Source: Eledone cirrhosa
Lineage: Eukaryota
Length of the DNA: 64,000 nucleotides
Direction of reading: 5' to 3'
Assembly (NCBI GenBank): GCA_964016885.1
Contig: OZ024742.1
Location: 81,530,001-81,594,000, forward strand
Shown: one piece after another, positions 14,101-25,553 of the stretch
Numbering within the stretch: position 1 is the first letter of the stretch
How the letters are laid out: each line of letters begins with the position of its first letter
Notes under the pieces: model-generated
The model's input: the letters and a program-made list of their open reading frames with translations, nothing else
The model's database searches: none
What the model was told of the DNA's origin: nothing
Position numbers and translations under genes: made by a program

Positions 14101-15737
14101 CCAGGGAGATAGCCTGTCCCCTCTGTTGTTTGTCCTTGCCCTGATGCCCTTGACCATTATGCTGCGAAAAGTGAGAGCAGGATACAAGTTGGGAAGGGGA
14201 GAGCTTACCATCAATCACCTCCTCTTCATGGACGATCTTAAGCTCTTCGGGAAAAGTGAGAAGGAGTTGGATGTGCTTGTTGACACTGTCCGTATTTTCA
14301 GCAGTGATATATGTATGCAGTTTGGTATTGGTAAATGTGCAGTCATTGTGATGAAGAGGGGCAGGTTGAGCAGAAGTAACGGGATCCAGATACCAACAGG
14401 TGAGATGATAAAGGAAATTGACTCTGAGGAAGGATACAAGTATTTGGGCGTTCTGGAGGCTGATGGCATAAAGAACAAAAAAATGAAGGAGTTGTTAAGA
14501 ACTGAATACATTCGGAGAGTAAGGAGCGTATTGAAATCACATCTGAACAGCAGAAATGCCATAAGCGCAGTAAATTCCCGAGCTGTGTCTATTATTAGGT
14601 ACAGTGCGGGAATTCTGAGATGGAATGTTGCTGAACAAAAAGAAATGGATAGGAAGACTAGGAAGCTATTGACTATCTACAACATGTTCCACAAGAGGAG
14701 TGATGTCGATAGACTCTACCTAAGGAGATCTGAGGGTGGAAGAGGTCTTATCAGCATAGAGGACTGTGTTCAGATGGAGAAAAACAACCTATACAAATAC
14801 GTGACCTATAGTAAGGAGCCAATGCTCAGAACTGTACTGAAGGAGGGGACAGTAGGCCAGGGGATGTCCAAGGAGGAAATAACATCAAGGAGGAAGAGCA
14901 GCCTTAAGGGAAAATCCCTTCATAGTACCTTCTTTGAGAAAACTGAATTTAGAGATCCACAGACATGGAACTGGTTGAGAAGAGGAGACCTCAAAAAGGC
15001 TACAGAAGGAATGCTAATGGCTGCGCAGGAGCAGGCCCTCAAAACGAAGTGGTTGAAGCACCATATCTACAAGGAGGAGGCTAGCCCACTGTGCAGGATC
15101 TGTGGAGAGAGAGAGGAGACTGTGGCTCACATTGTGTCCGAGTGTAAACACCTAGCCCAGACCCACTATAAGGGCTGGAGACACGATGTGATGGGCAGGG
15201 TGATCCACTGGCACCTGTGCAAAGTAAACAATTTACCACATTCTGAGAAATGGTATGAGCATAGGCCAGAGGCGGTGATGGAGAACAATCAGGTGAAGGT
15301 GCTGTGGGATTTTAGGATACAGACGGACAAAAAACTGGAACACAATAGACCTGACCTGGTGGTTGTGGACAAAGAAAAAAGATCGTGCCTGATTGTGGAT
15401 GTGGCCTGCCCGTTCGACACGAGAGTGCAAGAGAAGGAGAGGGAGAAAATTAACCGATACCAGGACCTAAAGTGGGAGGTGAAAAGGATTTGGAACTGCC
15501 ATGAAGTCAAAGTGATCCCGATTGTCATAGGCGCAGTGGGGACTATCTCCAAAAGTTTCCAGGGATGGTTAAAGAAAATCGGCCCCTTCACGCTTTTTGG
15601 AACGCTTCAAAAAGCATGCTTGCTTGGAACAGCAAGAACCCTCCGATTCGTCCTGAATATCTGAGGCTGCAGGTAGTGGCTTGATATTCAATCCAACGGA
15701 CTTTCCAGTTAACCAACATCAATGACTGAGATTCAAG
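11195..15737 (+). mobile_element. R4/Dong-type RLE non-LTR retrotransposon, family A copy A1, apparently full length
   Basis: Single long ORF, ~70-nt 3' UTR ending in (AAT)n, AAT/AAG repeats upstream; 5' boundary inferred from similarity to the 5' end of element B3. Confidence 0.8.
12272..15664 (+). CDS. Intact 1130-aa RT + CCHC zinc finger + restriction-like (PD-D/ExK) endonuclease
   Basis: KSPGPDG, NYRPITCL, EQKGC, GIFQGDSLSPLLF, HLLFMDDLKL, GGRGL, CRICGEREETVAHIVSEC, RHD, RPDLVVVD...IVDVACP...EKI.RY. Confidence 0.93.
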   Translation: METRTSCDRLSPNRCPLAQQQEPDCQPNTADVGGRRRRKRARTNWTKELNRTVMQCYLKSNPKERGYRRRMHNIWNEIGLFKLDEQKLAGQARVIRTNGWISELELVELSRENGLEMAGVVCQTSEPVGNEGEEVLRTEEPPEADNDLNTEINNTWNRDTATEKMNADGLGQDSVDILNLVVDELNNDSGRPMNLRFVDRKKLKETTAKVNKVIPYLEARSLHQCNNILKATANTVRKLLCIKARGNNRQERAEPWWKKRLSGHIGEMRNDIGKLESLLNGTLKNIGTKNRLEIKYKTRSKKLNIIIEELKQRIVAKSAKIRRYENRVSQYKQNRMFDNNQKMLFGQLEGKERGNDLIPGAEQTKTFWRGIWEQDVRHNAQAGWIETVQREIGEQAQQQTDLSITVETLKGQAKKLTNWKSPGPDGVQGYWIKHLTSLHPKLTAMFNDCLVSGEVPEWLTKGTTVLIMKDRIKGNDVTNYRPITCLSVMWKLLTSIVSEEIYHHLHTNNLLPDEQKGCRKKSRGTKDQLLIDKMVMGNCKRRHTDLAMGWIDYRRAFEMVPHSWITKSLEIFRVADNIRQLLGRSMGSWETELTSTGVSLGSVKIKRGIFQGDSLSPLLFVLALMPLTIMLRKVRAGYKLGRGELTINHLLFMDDLKLFGKSEKELDVLVDTVRIFSSDICMQFGIGKCAVIVMKRGRLSRSNGIQIPTGEMIKEIDSEEGYKYLGVLEADGIKNKKMKELLRTEYIRRVRSVLKSHLNSRNAISAVNSRAVSIIRYSAGILRWNVAEQKEMDRKTRKLLTIYNMFHKRSDVDRLYLRRSEGGRGLISIEDCVQMEKNNLYKYVTYSKEPMLRTVLKEGTVGQGMSKEEITSRRKSSLKGKSLHSTFFEKTEFRDPQTWNWLRRGDLKKATEGMLMAAQEQALKTKWLKHHIYKEEASPLCRICGEREETVAHIVSECKHLAQTHYKGWRHDVMGRVIHWHLCKVNNLPHSEKWYEHRPEAVMENNQVKVLWDFRIQTDKKLEHNRPDLVVVDKEKRSCLIVDVACPFDTRVQEKEREKINRYQDLKWEVKRIWNCHEVKVIPIVIGAVGTISKSFQGWLKKIGPFTLFGTLQKACLLGTARTLRFVLNI

Positions 15738-15775
15738 GAATAACAATAACAATAATAATAATAATAATAATAATA

Positions 15776-16080
15776 TTGAGAACTAAAACAATACCAGTGG
15801 TTGTAGGCGCTCTGGGAATGATACGTAAGGGGTCTAACGACTACTTATCGCAAATCCCAGGAAACCCGCGTATAGGAGAAATACAAAAGATAGTACTAAT
15901 GGGAACTGCCCATATACTAAGGAAGATCCTGTCAATATAAGTACATCACAAGTCTAAACACTAAGGATGCATGTGTGAATATGTATGTTCTTTCGTGAAC
16001 ATGGCGGACCTTGTTGTCTCTTGAGGTCACTGGTTGTGACTTGGTGATAACTCGTATAAACATAAAGCAATATAAATGCA
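15776..16080 (+). mobile_element. 3' fragment of Dong-type family B (B1) between two (AAT)n tracts
   Basis: TKTIPVVVGALG...IQKIVLMGTAHILRKILSI* plus 3' UTR matching the reverse complement of 42360-42650 and 53490-53790. Confidence 0.9.
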
Positions 16081-16115
<35 letters not shown>

Positions 16116-16375
16116 TTTCTTTATTAACCACAAGGGTTTACATAAAGTAGACATTAAGGACAGTGCAGGACAATGCAGGACGGTACAAATGGGCATTTCT
16201 GCGTGTAAAAAAACAAAAACAGAGGATGTAACAAAAATAACAATGAAAATAACAATGAAAAATTCCCCAATAGGGGGGAGACTTCGGAGGGACATTTGTG
16301 GAGAAAGCCCAGTAAAAAGCCACAATGACCCTGACCACCAAGGCAAGTGCCCTCTCCCAGTTTTCCACCTTTAGT

Positions 16376-19300
16376 TTACAGATATATACTCAGAGTCGGC
16401 CCATTCACTCGGGCCATTCTTGCTTCTCTCACCCATCTTTCAACAAAATGCTGGGAAGAGAGCACTTCCTTCTCTACTCTGATTTTCCTTTTCAAATGAA
16501 ATTTGAAAAAGTCAATCAGAGCATCACCGAAGAGGTAAGTGCTCGTCTTCAGCCCTTTCAAACGTGTCCACCATACTATCTCTTTCGCCATGGCCACCAG
16601 ACAGATAAAAACTGGCTGCCCTTCCCGGCTAAAGGAGGAGGGCGGGGCAATCCTCACGATAGACTCAGATGATAGCTGGATCCGTCCTAAACGCGACAGC
16701 AGGTGTTCGACATAAACCCACAAGTCAGCAATTTTCGGACACTGGACGAGTGCGTGCAGGACGGTTTCGTCGCCCTGCGCGCATCTCGGACATGCCCGGC
16801 TGACGGCACCTCCATGCCTGTAGAGTTTATCCCGAACTGGCAAGGCTCCTCGGTAGCACTGCCAGGCCAGAGATTTCTGGAAGTTGTCCATAGGCCCTGG
16901 CCCGAAAGTTCTTCCGAAGAGATTGGCTAGTTGATTTTCGTCGACGCCTAGAGTTTCCCCAAGTACGTCGTCGCTCTTCCCCTCCACTAATCCTCTATAG
17001 AACGCCGAGGTGGAGTTTCCACCGATCACATTGCCCGATTGGTCGAGGGCTGTGGGCGCCTGAAGACATTCCAGTCTCCAGGCGCTCCCTCTCGGTCTTC
17101 GCTTGACCCAGGACTGCAGCTCCGTCAAGGAAACGAGCTGGGGAAAAACGCGTCTAGCAAACGGCGACCACACCTCATCACCGTCGAGGAAGAGGTGGAG
17201 ATGTCGTAGCCTGAGCGCGTGCCTGCGCATCATCAGCCACGGCATGCCCAGCCCTCCACGTAGCGGGTGTTGACAACAGATGGACCGCCTGACCATCGGA
17301 GCACGTCCCTTCCACAAAAAGCGAAAGAGCAAACGCTCCAGCGCAGTCAGGCGAGGCTTAGGACAAGGTACGACGGTTAGGCGGTAGCAGATGACAGACG
17401 CGATGTACGCGTTAGCCACCTCCGCTCGACCTTTCAGGGATAGCTTCCTCTCCGCCCATTTCTGGGTGAGAGAAGCCACCCTACTCGTCACCTCGTCCCA
17501 GTTTTTGTCCGTCTGGAGGTCCGGACCGAACCAGACCCCTAGCAATTTAACCGGTCCGTCCGTCCAGCGCCCGACGACGCTGTTGGACCGCATGGACCTG
17601 CCTCTCCAGGTGCCGAGCTGCAGGCCCACTGACTTTTCCTGGTTGATCATTGCTCCTGTCACCGCTTCGTATTCTCTTAGTGTAGTGCCGATCGCCTCGA
17701 TGTGTTTGGCGTTCGACACCACTACGGTGACATCGTCCGCATATGCTGACACGGATCTTCCGCATCCTAGTTCGCGCGGGACTCCCCTCAACGTCTCCAG
17801 TTTGTGCAGTAATGGCTCGAGAGTCAATACGTACAAGAGGGACGAGAGGGGACATCCTTGGCGGACCGAGCGCATGATGTTGAACGGTTCCGACAGGTGA
17901 CCGTTCACTCTCACCACAGAGCAGATGTCGCTGTGCATGGCAGCGATCCAGCCTCTGAAGACGGGCCCAAAGCCAGCCGCCCTCAGGACTGCCGCTAGGT
18001 AACGATGGTCGACCCTATCGAAAGCTTTCGACTGATCTAAATTGATCTAAATTGATCAAGGTCCCACCCGTGCCAGGTTCCCTAGCTACCCTCTCTACGA
18101 TGTATCGCATGAGGTGGAGGTTGTCGTGGATGGATCTGTCGGGAATGGCGCATGTCTGCGCCTCTCCCACCAGACCACCAACGACAAGCGCCAACCTCTT
18201 TGCTAGCACCTTGGCCAAAATCTTAAACTCTGTGTTTAGCAGAGTTATGGGCCGGAAATTGTCTATGTTATCCCCCTTGTTCGGATCCTTTCTCAGCAGT
18301 GCCACCGCTCCTCGGCTCACAGAACTGGGAATTCTCCCGTTCTGTTGCCAGTTGCAGTAGACGTCCGCCAAGAGGCCTCCGAACAAGTCTGGCATCTGTA
18401 CGTAAAGTTCATAGGGCAGACCATCCAAACCAGGCGATTTACCCCTTGTGCAGCCAGTCATTGCCTCCCTTACTTCAGCGGCTGTTATCGGCTTTTCGCA
18501 ACACTTCGCCTCAGTGGCCGAGAGCCGCGGCAGTCCGTCGAGGTAGACACTAAAGTCCATCCCTCTACCCGGCCCACCGCTGCCCCCGAACAGCTGAGCG
18601 AAGTGTCGCTGAAAAGCTTCACACATTTGCCCGGGATCGAGTAGCATGCGCCCGTCGTGGTCCACCAAAGACCGGATCGTGGCTTTGTTGCCACGACGCG
18701 CCTCCGCCACTCGGGCCCATTGAACGGCTTTCGTCCCCTCGTGTCTGAGAGCACGCACCCTTGCTCTGACAACGCAGCCTTCGTGCTTTGCATTGAAGAA
18801 TTGGTCAAGGGCCAATTTCGCCGCAAGCACGTCGGTCGCAATGCCTTTGCTAAGCGCCTCGTCTAATTTTCTAACTAGTTCTCCCTCTGCTCTATTTTTC
18901 TCTATTGCTAAAGCCTTACTAAATCTAATCGATTCTATTCTAATCGCTCTTTTCAGAGCAAACCACCACTTGTTGTTGACGATGGCCCCCGTCAACGCCC
19001 GCTTAACTAGTTCGCTAATCCGGTCTCTGTAGGCCTTGCGCGCTGGTAAGGACGCGTTTAGCTTCCAGTAGCCGGGTCCTCGTCTATGAAGCCTATCTAA
19101 GTCAAGCACACAGATCACGAATTTGTGGTCCGTGTAGCTGACTATCTTGAATTGTGGACAGCCTATGCTAGACCTATCTATTTCCCTACAAAATACTCTA
19201 TCTAGATATGATCTGGATGACCCTATGCGGTTTGTCCAAGTCCACATTGGCACATTCGGGAAATCCAATCGGTACCTGTCAGACAGTTCAAAACGCCTGA

Positions 19301-19805
19301 GCAGGTTGGTGAGGCTCTTGCACCCTCCACCCCTATCCGCTAATCCCACACAGTCCCAGCGTGCATCTAAGATCCCGTTCCAGTCGCCCACTAACACTAA
19401 AGAGCGGGACGTTCCAAGAAAGGTCTCCAGACGCCGGAAGAAATCAGGCCGCCCTGCTCCTGTCGGGGCATAGACGGCCACTAGCCTGAAAGCTTGCCCG
19501 TCTCCGCTGGTCACGTCCAGCACCACCAGCTTACCCTCTGGGTCCAGGAAGATGGCCCGTATGGCGAGATCCAAACCTCTCCGAAAAAGTACAGCAACTC
19601 CTCCACCGGATCCAGGACGGCTGGGAGATGCGTACACATCGTAGCCGCCGAAGATCGGTGCGAAGGCCCGTGCTTCGGAGATTCTGGTCTCGCTGATGGC
19701 CACTACATCTATGTTTAGTGACCTGAGGTCGTTGAGCAAGTGACTCTGCTTCCATGACGACCCCAAGCCACGCGCATTTATGCTGCCTATTCTGAGTGAG
19801 GTCAT
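16376..19805 (-). pseudogene. T1 ORF2 (APE endonuclease, RT, C-terminal zinc motif) broken by a single 10-bp duplication near 18035-18054
   Basis: SINARGL, ISET, VYAP, GDWN, YLDRVF, TDHK; KSPGLDG, FRPITLLN, RQGCPLS, YADD; CPRC..ETVLHALVQC; GATCTAAATT is duplicated at the frameshift. Confidence 0.9.
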
Positions 19806-19840
19806 GTTTAAAATAGAGTGGAAAAGATGGGAAAGACCAC

Positions 19841-21931
19841 TTACCGTACTTTTGGTAGAGGAGGGATGGTTTTTACATCCCTTTTCACTTGATCGTCTGG
19901 TGAAGGGACCGTTGAATCGTCCCTTCGGCTGGTCGTCGGCTCTTCTAAGAGAATGTCTGAGTATACTCTTCGATTGATGGTTCCTCCTAGGTCCCTGAAA
20001 TCACCAACTGCGTTGGGGAATTTCGTTTTAATATTTGTGTATTGTTTCTGTGCTATTTTTAGCAGTCTTATGTTAGTTGGCGTTTTGATTGGTGCTGGTA
20101 TTATGTAGTCCTGTTGTGAAATGTCTGTGTGTTCAATTATGTAAGTCATTAGTTTCTTGTTGTGTGTATTTATTGCCGTGCATTTGTTTTTCTGGGGGTG
20201 GGGTGTGGTTCTGCTATTTTCTTGTCGTTGTTGCTGGGTGTGTGTGTTTTGTTGTTGTGTTTGCGATGTTGGTGCTTGTGGTGGTGGTGTTGAAGGTGTT
20301 GTTGGCGGTGGGGTTGTCGCCGGTGGTGATGGTGGCGCTAGTGTGGGTGGTGATGGTGTTGGTGTTGTTGCTGCTGTGGGTCTCTTTGCAGTAGACTTTA
20401 CCCTTTTCTCATTTCTTTCCTCCCTTTTCAAAGGCGACGATGCGCTGCTTCTGCGTTTGTGCCTTCTTACGACCTTTTGCCATCTCTCTCCCACCTCACA
20501 CTCCATGTCTGATTCTGTGAGGTCGGGGAGGGGTACCAACTCCACTCTTTCACTTGTTGTTGTTGGTGATGTTTGCACTGGAGTCTCTGTTGCAGCTGCA
20601 TTTGGTATTGCTGTTGTTGTTGTTAGTATTTCCACTGCTGCTGCTGTTTTTGATTTCCGTGGAGTGGGTATGGGTGCCACGGGCCTATCGTTCCTGGTTG
20701 CCGCTTGTCCTGTTGCTGGTAGCCGTGGAGCCGGATTCGGAAGGAGGGGGGTTTTCTCCTTTCTCAGGGTCTTCTCGTTGCAGAAGGCCCTGAGGTGAGT
20801 CTTCGATCCACAGCGAAAGCATTTCGGGCGTTTGCCCTCAACACTTATGGGCAGTTGAGTGCCGTTATCGAAGTCTATCACATCCGGGATAGCTTCGATG
20901 CACTCCTGGTTGGTTTGGATTAGCATCTCAATGGAGGAGCCGACCCAATCTTCTCTTACTTTTTTCTGTACTTGCAGTACAGTTGTTTTGTCCTCGATTC
21001 CGACGAAGACAGACGCGGCCAGCCAAGAAGGGGTCATTCCGGGGGGGACGTGGGTCAGTTTGACCCTCACAATTTTTTGCCCACAGTAGGAGGGCACCAA
21101 CACCATTTCCTCGCTCCTTAGGGTCACTACTGATTGGGCCTTTGCCTCCTGGGGTGTGGCAAAAAGTACGTCTACGGTGGCATATTTTTTGCCTCGGGTG
21201 ATGTGCGTTTTCCGCTGCCACACAGACCCCAAGGCTTTTTGTATTTGGGCCTCTGTGGCTCTTTCCACCCTACGGGATTTTGTACTTACTGTACGGTACG
21301 TGACCGTACAGTGCTCTTGGGTTTCGAAAAAAATGTTCGCTGCCTTGCAGATTGCTCGGTGTCCGTTCTTTGTCACCATCTTCTTCGCTTCCTCTAATTC
21401 CTCATTTGTTATGAGGATTGTTTCCAAGTTTTTCGCAATACCTGCAAATGAGATTGTTTTTTCTCTGCTGTTGTCGTCAGAGCTGCTGGTACTTTTGTTG
21501 TTGCTGCAGGTACTACGACTACTGCCTCCGCCGCTGTTGCTGTGGTTGTTGTTGGTGTTGCTGCTGCTAATGCTGTTGTTGGTTATGCTGCTGGTGATGC
21601 TGTTGCGGCTGCTACTGTTGTTTTCATTGTCACTGTTGCTGTTGTTATTACGGCTGCTACTGCTATTATTCCTGACGTCAGACGAATGAACTGGGTTTTC
21701 GTATTTCCGGCACACCTGTTTCGTCGCTGTCGTCGTCGTCGTGGAGAAACCTTGCACGCTTTGCACGAGACTTTTCTTTTCTTTCGTCACTTGCGAAAGA
21801 GAAGGGAGGGAGAGAGACACATTTAAAGAAGGGAGGGAGAGAGACAATCTTCTCTCTGCTGTAGTGATGATTGAGGAAGAAGAAGACGGAATGAGTGGGA
21901 GTGACGTATGAAATTTCTTTTTCGTAGCCAT
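19841..21931 (-). CDS. T1 ORF1, gag-like nucleic-acid-binding protein (696 aa)
   Basis: CX2CX4HX4C knuckle CFRCGSKTHLRAFC; position upstream of ORF2; homologous to ORF1 of T2-T4; low-complexity Ser/Asn and Pro/Thr tracts. Confidence 0.85.
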   Translation of the reverse strand: MATKKKFHTSLPLIPSSSSSIITTAERRLSLSLPSLNVSLSLPSLSQVTKEKKSLVQSVQGFSTTTTTATKQVCRKYENPVHSSDVRNNSSSSRNNNSNSDNENNSSSRNSITSSITNNSISSSNTNNNHSNSGGGSSRSTCSNNKSTSSSDDNSREKTISFAGIAKNLETILITNEELEEAKKMVTKNGHRAICKAANIFFETQEHCTVTYRTVSTKSRRVERATEAQIQKALGSVWQRKTHITRGKKYATVDVLFATPQEAKAQSVVTLRSEEMVLVPSYCGQKIVRVKLTHVPPGMTPSWLAASVFVGIEDKTTVLQVQKKVREDWVGSSIEMLIQTNQECIEAIPDVIDFDNGTQLPISVEGKRPKCFRCGSKTHLRAFCNEKTLRKEKTPLLPNPAPRLPATGQAATRNDRPVAPIPTPRKSKTAAAVEILTTTTAIPNAAATETPVQTSPTTTSERVELVPLPDLTESDMECEVGERWQKVVRRHKRRSSASSPLKREERNEKRVKSTAKRPTAATTPTPSPPTLAPPSPPATTPPPTTPSTPPPQAPTSQTQQQNTHTQQQRQENSRTTPHPQKNKCTAINTHNKKLMTYIIEHTDISQQDYIIPAPIKTPTNIRLLKIAQKQYTNIKTKFPNAVGDFRDLGGTINRRVYSDILLEEPTTSRRDDSTVPSPDDQVKRDVKTIPPLPKVR

Positions 21932-22146
21932 GTTGTTTTTTGTTTAAAATGAAATTTTGGGTACAAAACCCCAATAACTGGTTATTTAACCCCGAAGGGC
22001 CAAATAACGGACAGAAAGACCCCTCTCACGAGGAGGAGGGTGTCTTTATCAACAATTTGGTTCAAGTTTTAAACAATTTACAATTGTTTTAACGGTTAAA
22101 AATTACTATACCTTACAGAGCCGAGCCTCCGTCAACCATGGCATTC

Positions 22147-22326
22147 AATAATAATAATAATAAGAAGAAGAAGAAGAATAAGAAGAAGAAGAAGAAGAAG
22201 AAGAAGAGAAAGAAGAAGAAGAAGAAGAGAAAGAAGAAGAAGAAGAAGAAGAAGAAAAAGAAAAAGAAGAAGAAGAAGAAGAAGAAGAAGAAGAAGAAGA
22301 AGAAGAAGAAGAAGAAGAAAAGAAGA
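22147..22326 (+). repeat. (AAT)n followed by long (AAG)n microsatellite
   Basis: Direct reading. Confidence 0.95.
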
Positions 22327-23122
22327 ACTCGCCGCACTAGCATTACGGATAACAGCAGTATTTTTCTGTAGTGTCTCTTCAATGTATTTTGCATCATTAT
22401 TGAAAATGTTATTTTCATCAACCAATGCGCTGACAGATTAGACGTTGATCTTATATTTTCTTTTTTAGGTAAATATATCAACACTGTGGTTGAGTTAAAT
22501 GTTCTCAATGTCCTTGATTTCCTGATCAAGGCTGTTTCAAGTTGATGTAGTTTATTCGAACAACACTGTAGCAGCCGAAATGTATTGTTGCTAATTATAT
22601 ATTACTTGGTTGATTTGGTAAAGTCATTGTATTATTGGTATTTATATTGCAAATGCAGTTAACCTTGTTCGCTGATTGTGCTGGCGTGGATGTTAGGCAT
22701 ATATGTTTAACTGTGTCAAAAAAATATGCTAATATGTTCTGGATTTCGTGGTTTTGAGTGTATGTGCGTAAAAGACGCGCCATGGTGTGACAGATCATGC
22801 GGCATCCCAGCCATCTTTATATTTCGAAGATTCATTTCATAAACATTGTTTAAATCTGTCACTTCATTTCATTTATAGATTAACTGGATATAATTAAAAT
22901 ACATATAACTATACTTGAAATCCCATTCAATAGATATTTTGACAAAAATATTTAGGGGGATTTGTGTGAATGATGCATATATATATTCATTGTTAAATAG
23001 TTGAATTACCCAATTTCTATACAACGATTTCGATCGTTCAATATTAACCAATAAATATTTAACAATTTATTTGATCGTAAACGGTGTTACAGAGTCTAGA
23101 GATTTTTTGTACACCATGCACA

Positions 23123-23207
<85 letters not shown>

Positions 23208-23261
23208 CGGCGATGAATTAGTTTTGCGAGGTTTTTTATATGAAATCGTGTGTCGAAACAG

Positions 23262-24153
<892 letters not shown>

Positions 24154-24157
<4 letters not shown>

Positions 24158-25134
24158 CAACAGCCGTGCGGGTTGTACATATATGGATGATCTGACGGTC
24201 AGAGAGGGGTCGTGAGGACTGCGGATTGACCTCTGGCCGGCCTGGGGATGACTATCTCTCGACATCCAATGTAGCAAGCGATGACCCAGATCTTACCAGA
24301 GATCATTGGGTCCTGAAGCAATCCTGCAATCACCGCGCCTGGTCCTATGAGTAGACTACGACCACAGAGATCATTATTTAGAATCCTCGCTCATCTTCTA
24401 TAATTTCCATTTGTGGCACGTTATGATGGGTTAATCCACCATAATAATATGATCACCTTCAGCATAACTTAATTAAACTACTCTATAGTTAATACACTTT
24501 ATGCTTTAAAAATTTCTCTTGGAGGATGCGCATCACCATAGAAATTAGGGTCTATATTGGGACACATTTTAATAGCTAGGTATAGAAACCCCAGAGTTAC
24601 CTCCCCGCATGCATTAACTCCCCTTAGCCACACACACACTTCCGGGCGGTATTCAATGGCGTTTCTCGAAACGTAACAGCCTCCTGTATTGAACTAAAGA
24701 ACACCAGACTACGATCTCTAACTGGATTGTCGTGGATTATGTGAAGGGCATATAATCGAAAAATACACTCCCCTGACCATGAAAATGCCGAAGTTCATGA
24801 AATACTTGACTTCCCTGCGCTGTGCATCTCCAATACTTTTAACACTTTTAATGCTTGCACTATTTTTAATGCTTATAATATTTCTCCACACACAGACTAT
24901 ATCAATCATATAAAGAATTTGCCACCAGATCTACCAACCTAACACTCTTGTTTACCTACCTAAGTGCCTCTACCACACATATCTCTCTGCCACACTATAT
25001 AAATAAGACGCACATGCGTGCCCCACATATAACATTTGCACTATATAACCGCTTATCTTCATGTTGTATTTTAACCTGTATTTTGATTTTTGATTGTACC
25101 TATTAATATAAATGTAATCTCGAAGTGTGTACTG
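24154..25134 (+). repeat. Upstream direct repeat (pLTR)
   Basis: Near-identical to 28352-29331. Confidence 0.95.
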
Positions 25135-25257
25135 CCACTCTAAATTCTATAATGAATGTTGACCCACAATGTTTGAATATGTATCAATGTTTGAATATGT
25201 ATCGGTATGTCTCTCGGCTGAAAAGGAGGTCATATAACTGTCCATGCATTAATAAAT

Positions 25258-25304
25258 TGCTCCGAAGAAACCAAACCTCGGTTTGGAGGAAACAGCTGTA
25301 AGCA
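25258..25304 (+). ncRNA. Minimal type I hammerhead ribozyme variant (CCGAAGA core)
   Basis: TGCT-CCGAAGA-A-ACCAAAC-CTCG-GTTTGGA-G-GAAAC-AGCT-GTA-AGCA; palindromic ACAGCTGT stem III. Confidence 0.65.
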
Positions 25305-25553
25305 CAATAATGTTTTGAACAGTTCTTTGATTCTTATATTTCATATAACTGCTCTGTAAATCATCTGATGTTTTTACATTGAGCTACTTAACTTATTGGT
25401 AATAAGGTAGTAATACATTACTGCCTACCACTATTTAGGGTGTGTGTAAAATACTTATAACTGCATAAGGTTTTGTATTTACATAACCATAAATAGTATA
25501 ACTAATACTATTAACTGCTCCATATCGTTGAGCTGACATATAATATTGCCAAT

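Larger units (their letters stand above)
16082..22146 (-). mobile_element. Tx1/L1-type non-LTR retrotransposon T1, full length
   Basis: ORF1 with zinc knuckle, ORF2 APE-RT-Cys motif, AATAAA then (ATT)n tail; 5' end abuts (TTC)n(TTA)n on the element strand. Confidence 0.9.

Noticed and set aside
12302-21826. Antisense and overlapping ORFs on the retrotransposon genes
   Set aside because: Shadow frames of the coding strands with no independent motifs
22113-22529. Poly-K/poly-F/poly-L ORFs
   Set aside because: (AAG)n microsatellite translations; adjacent unique sequence has no recognisable protein motif
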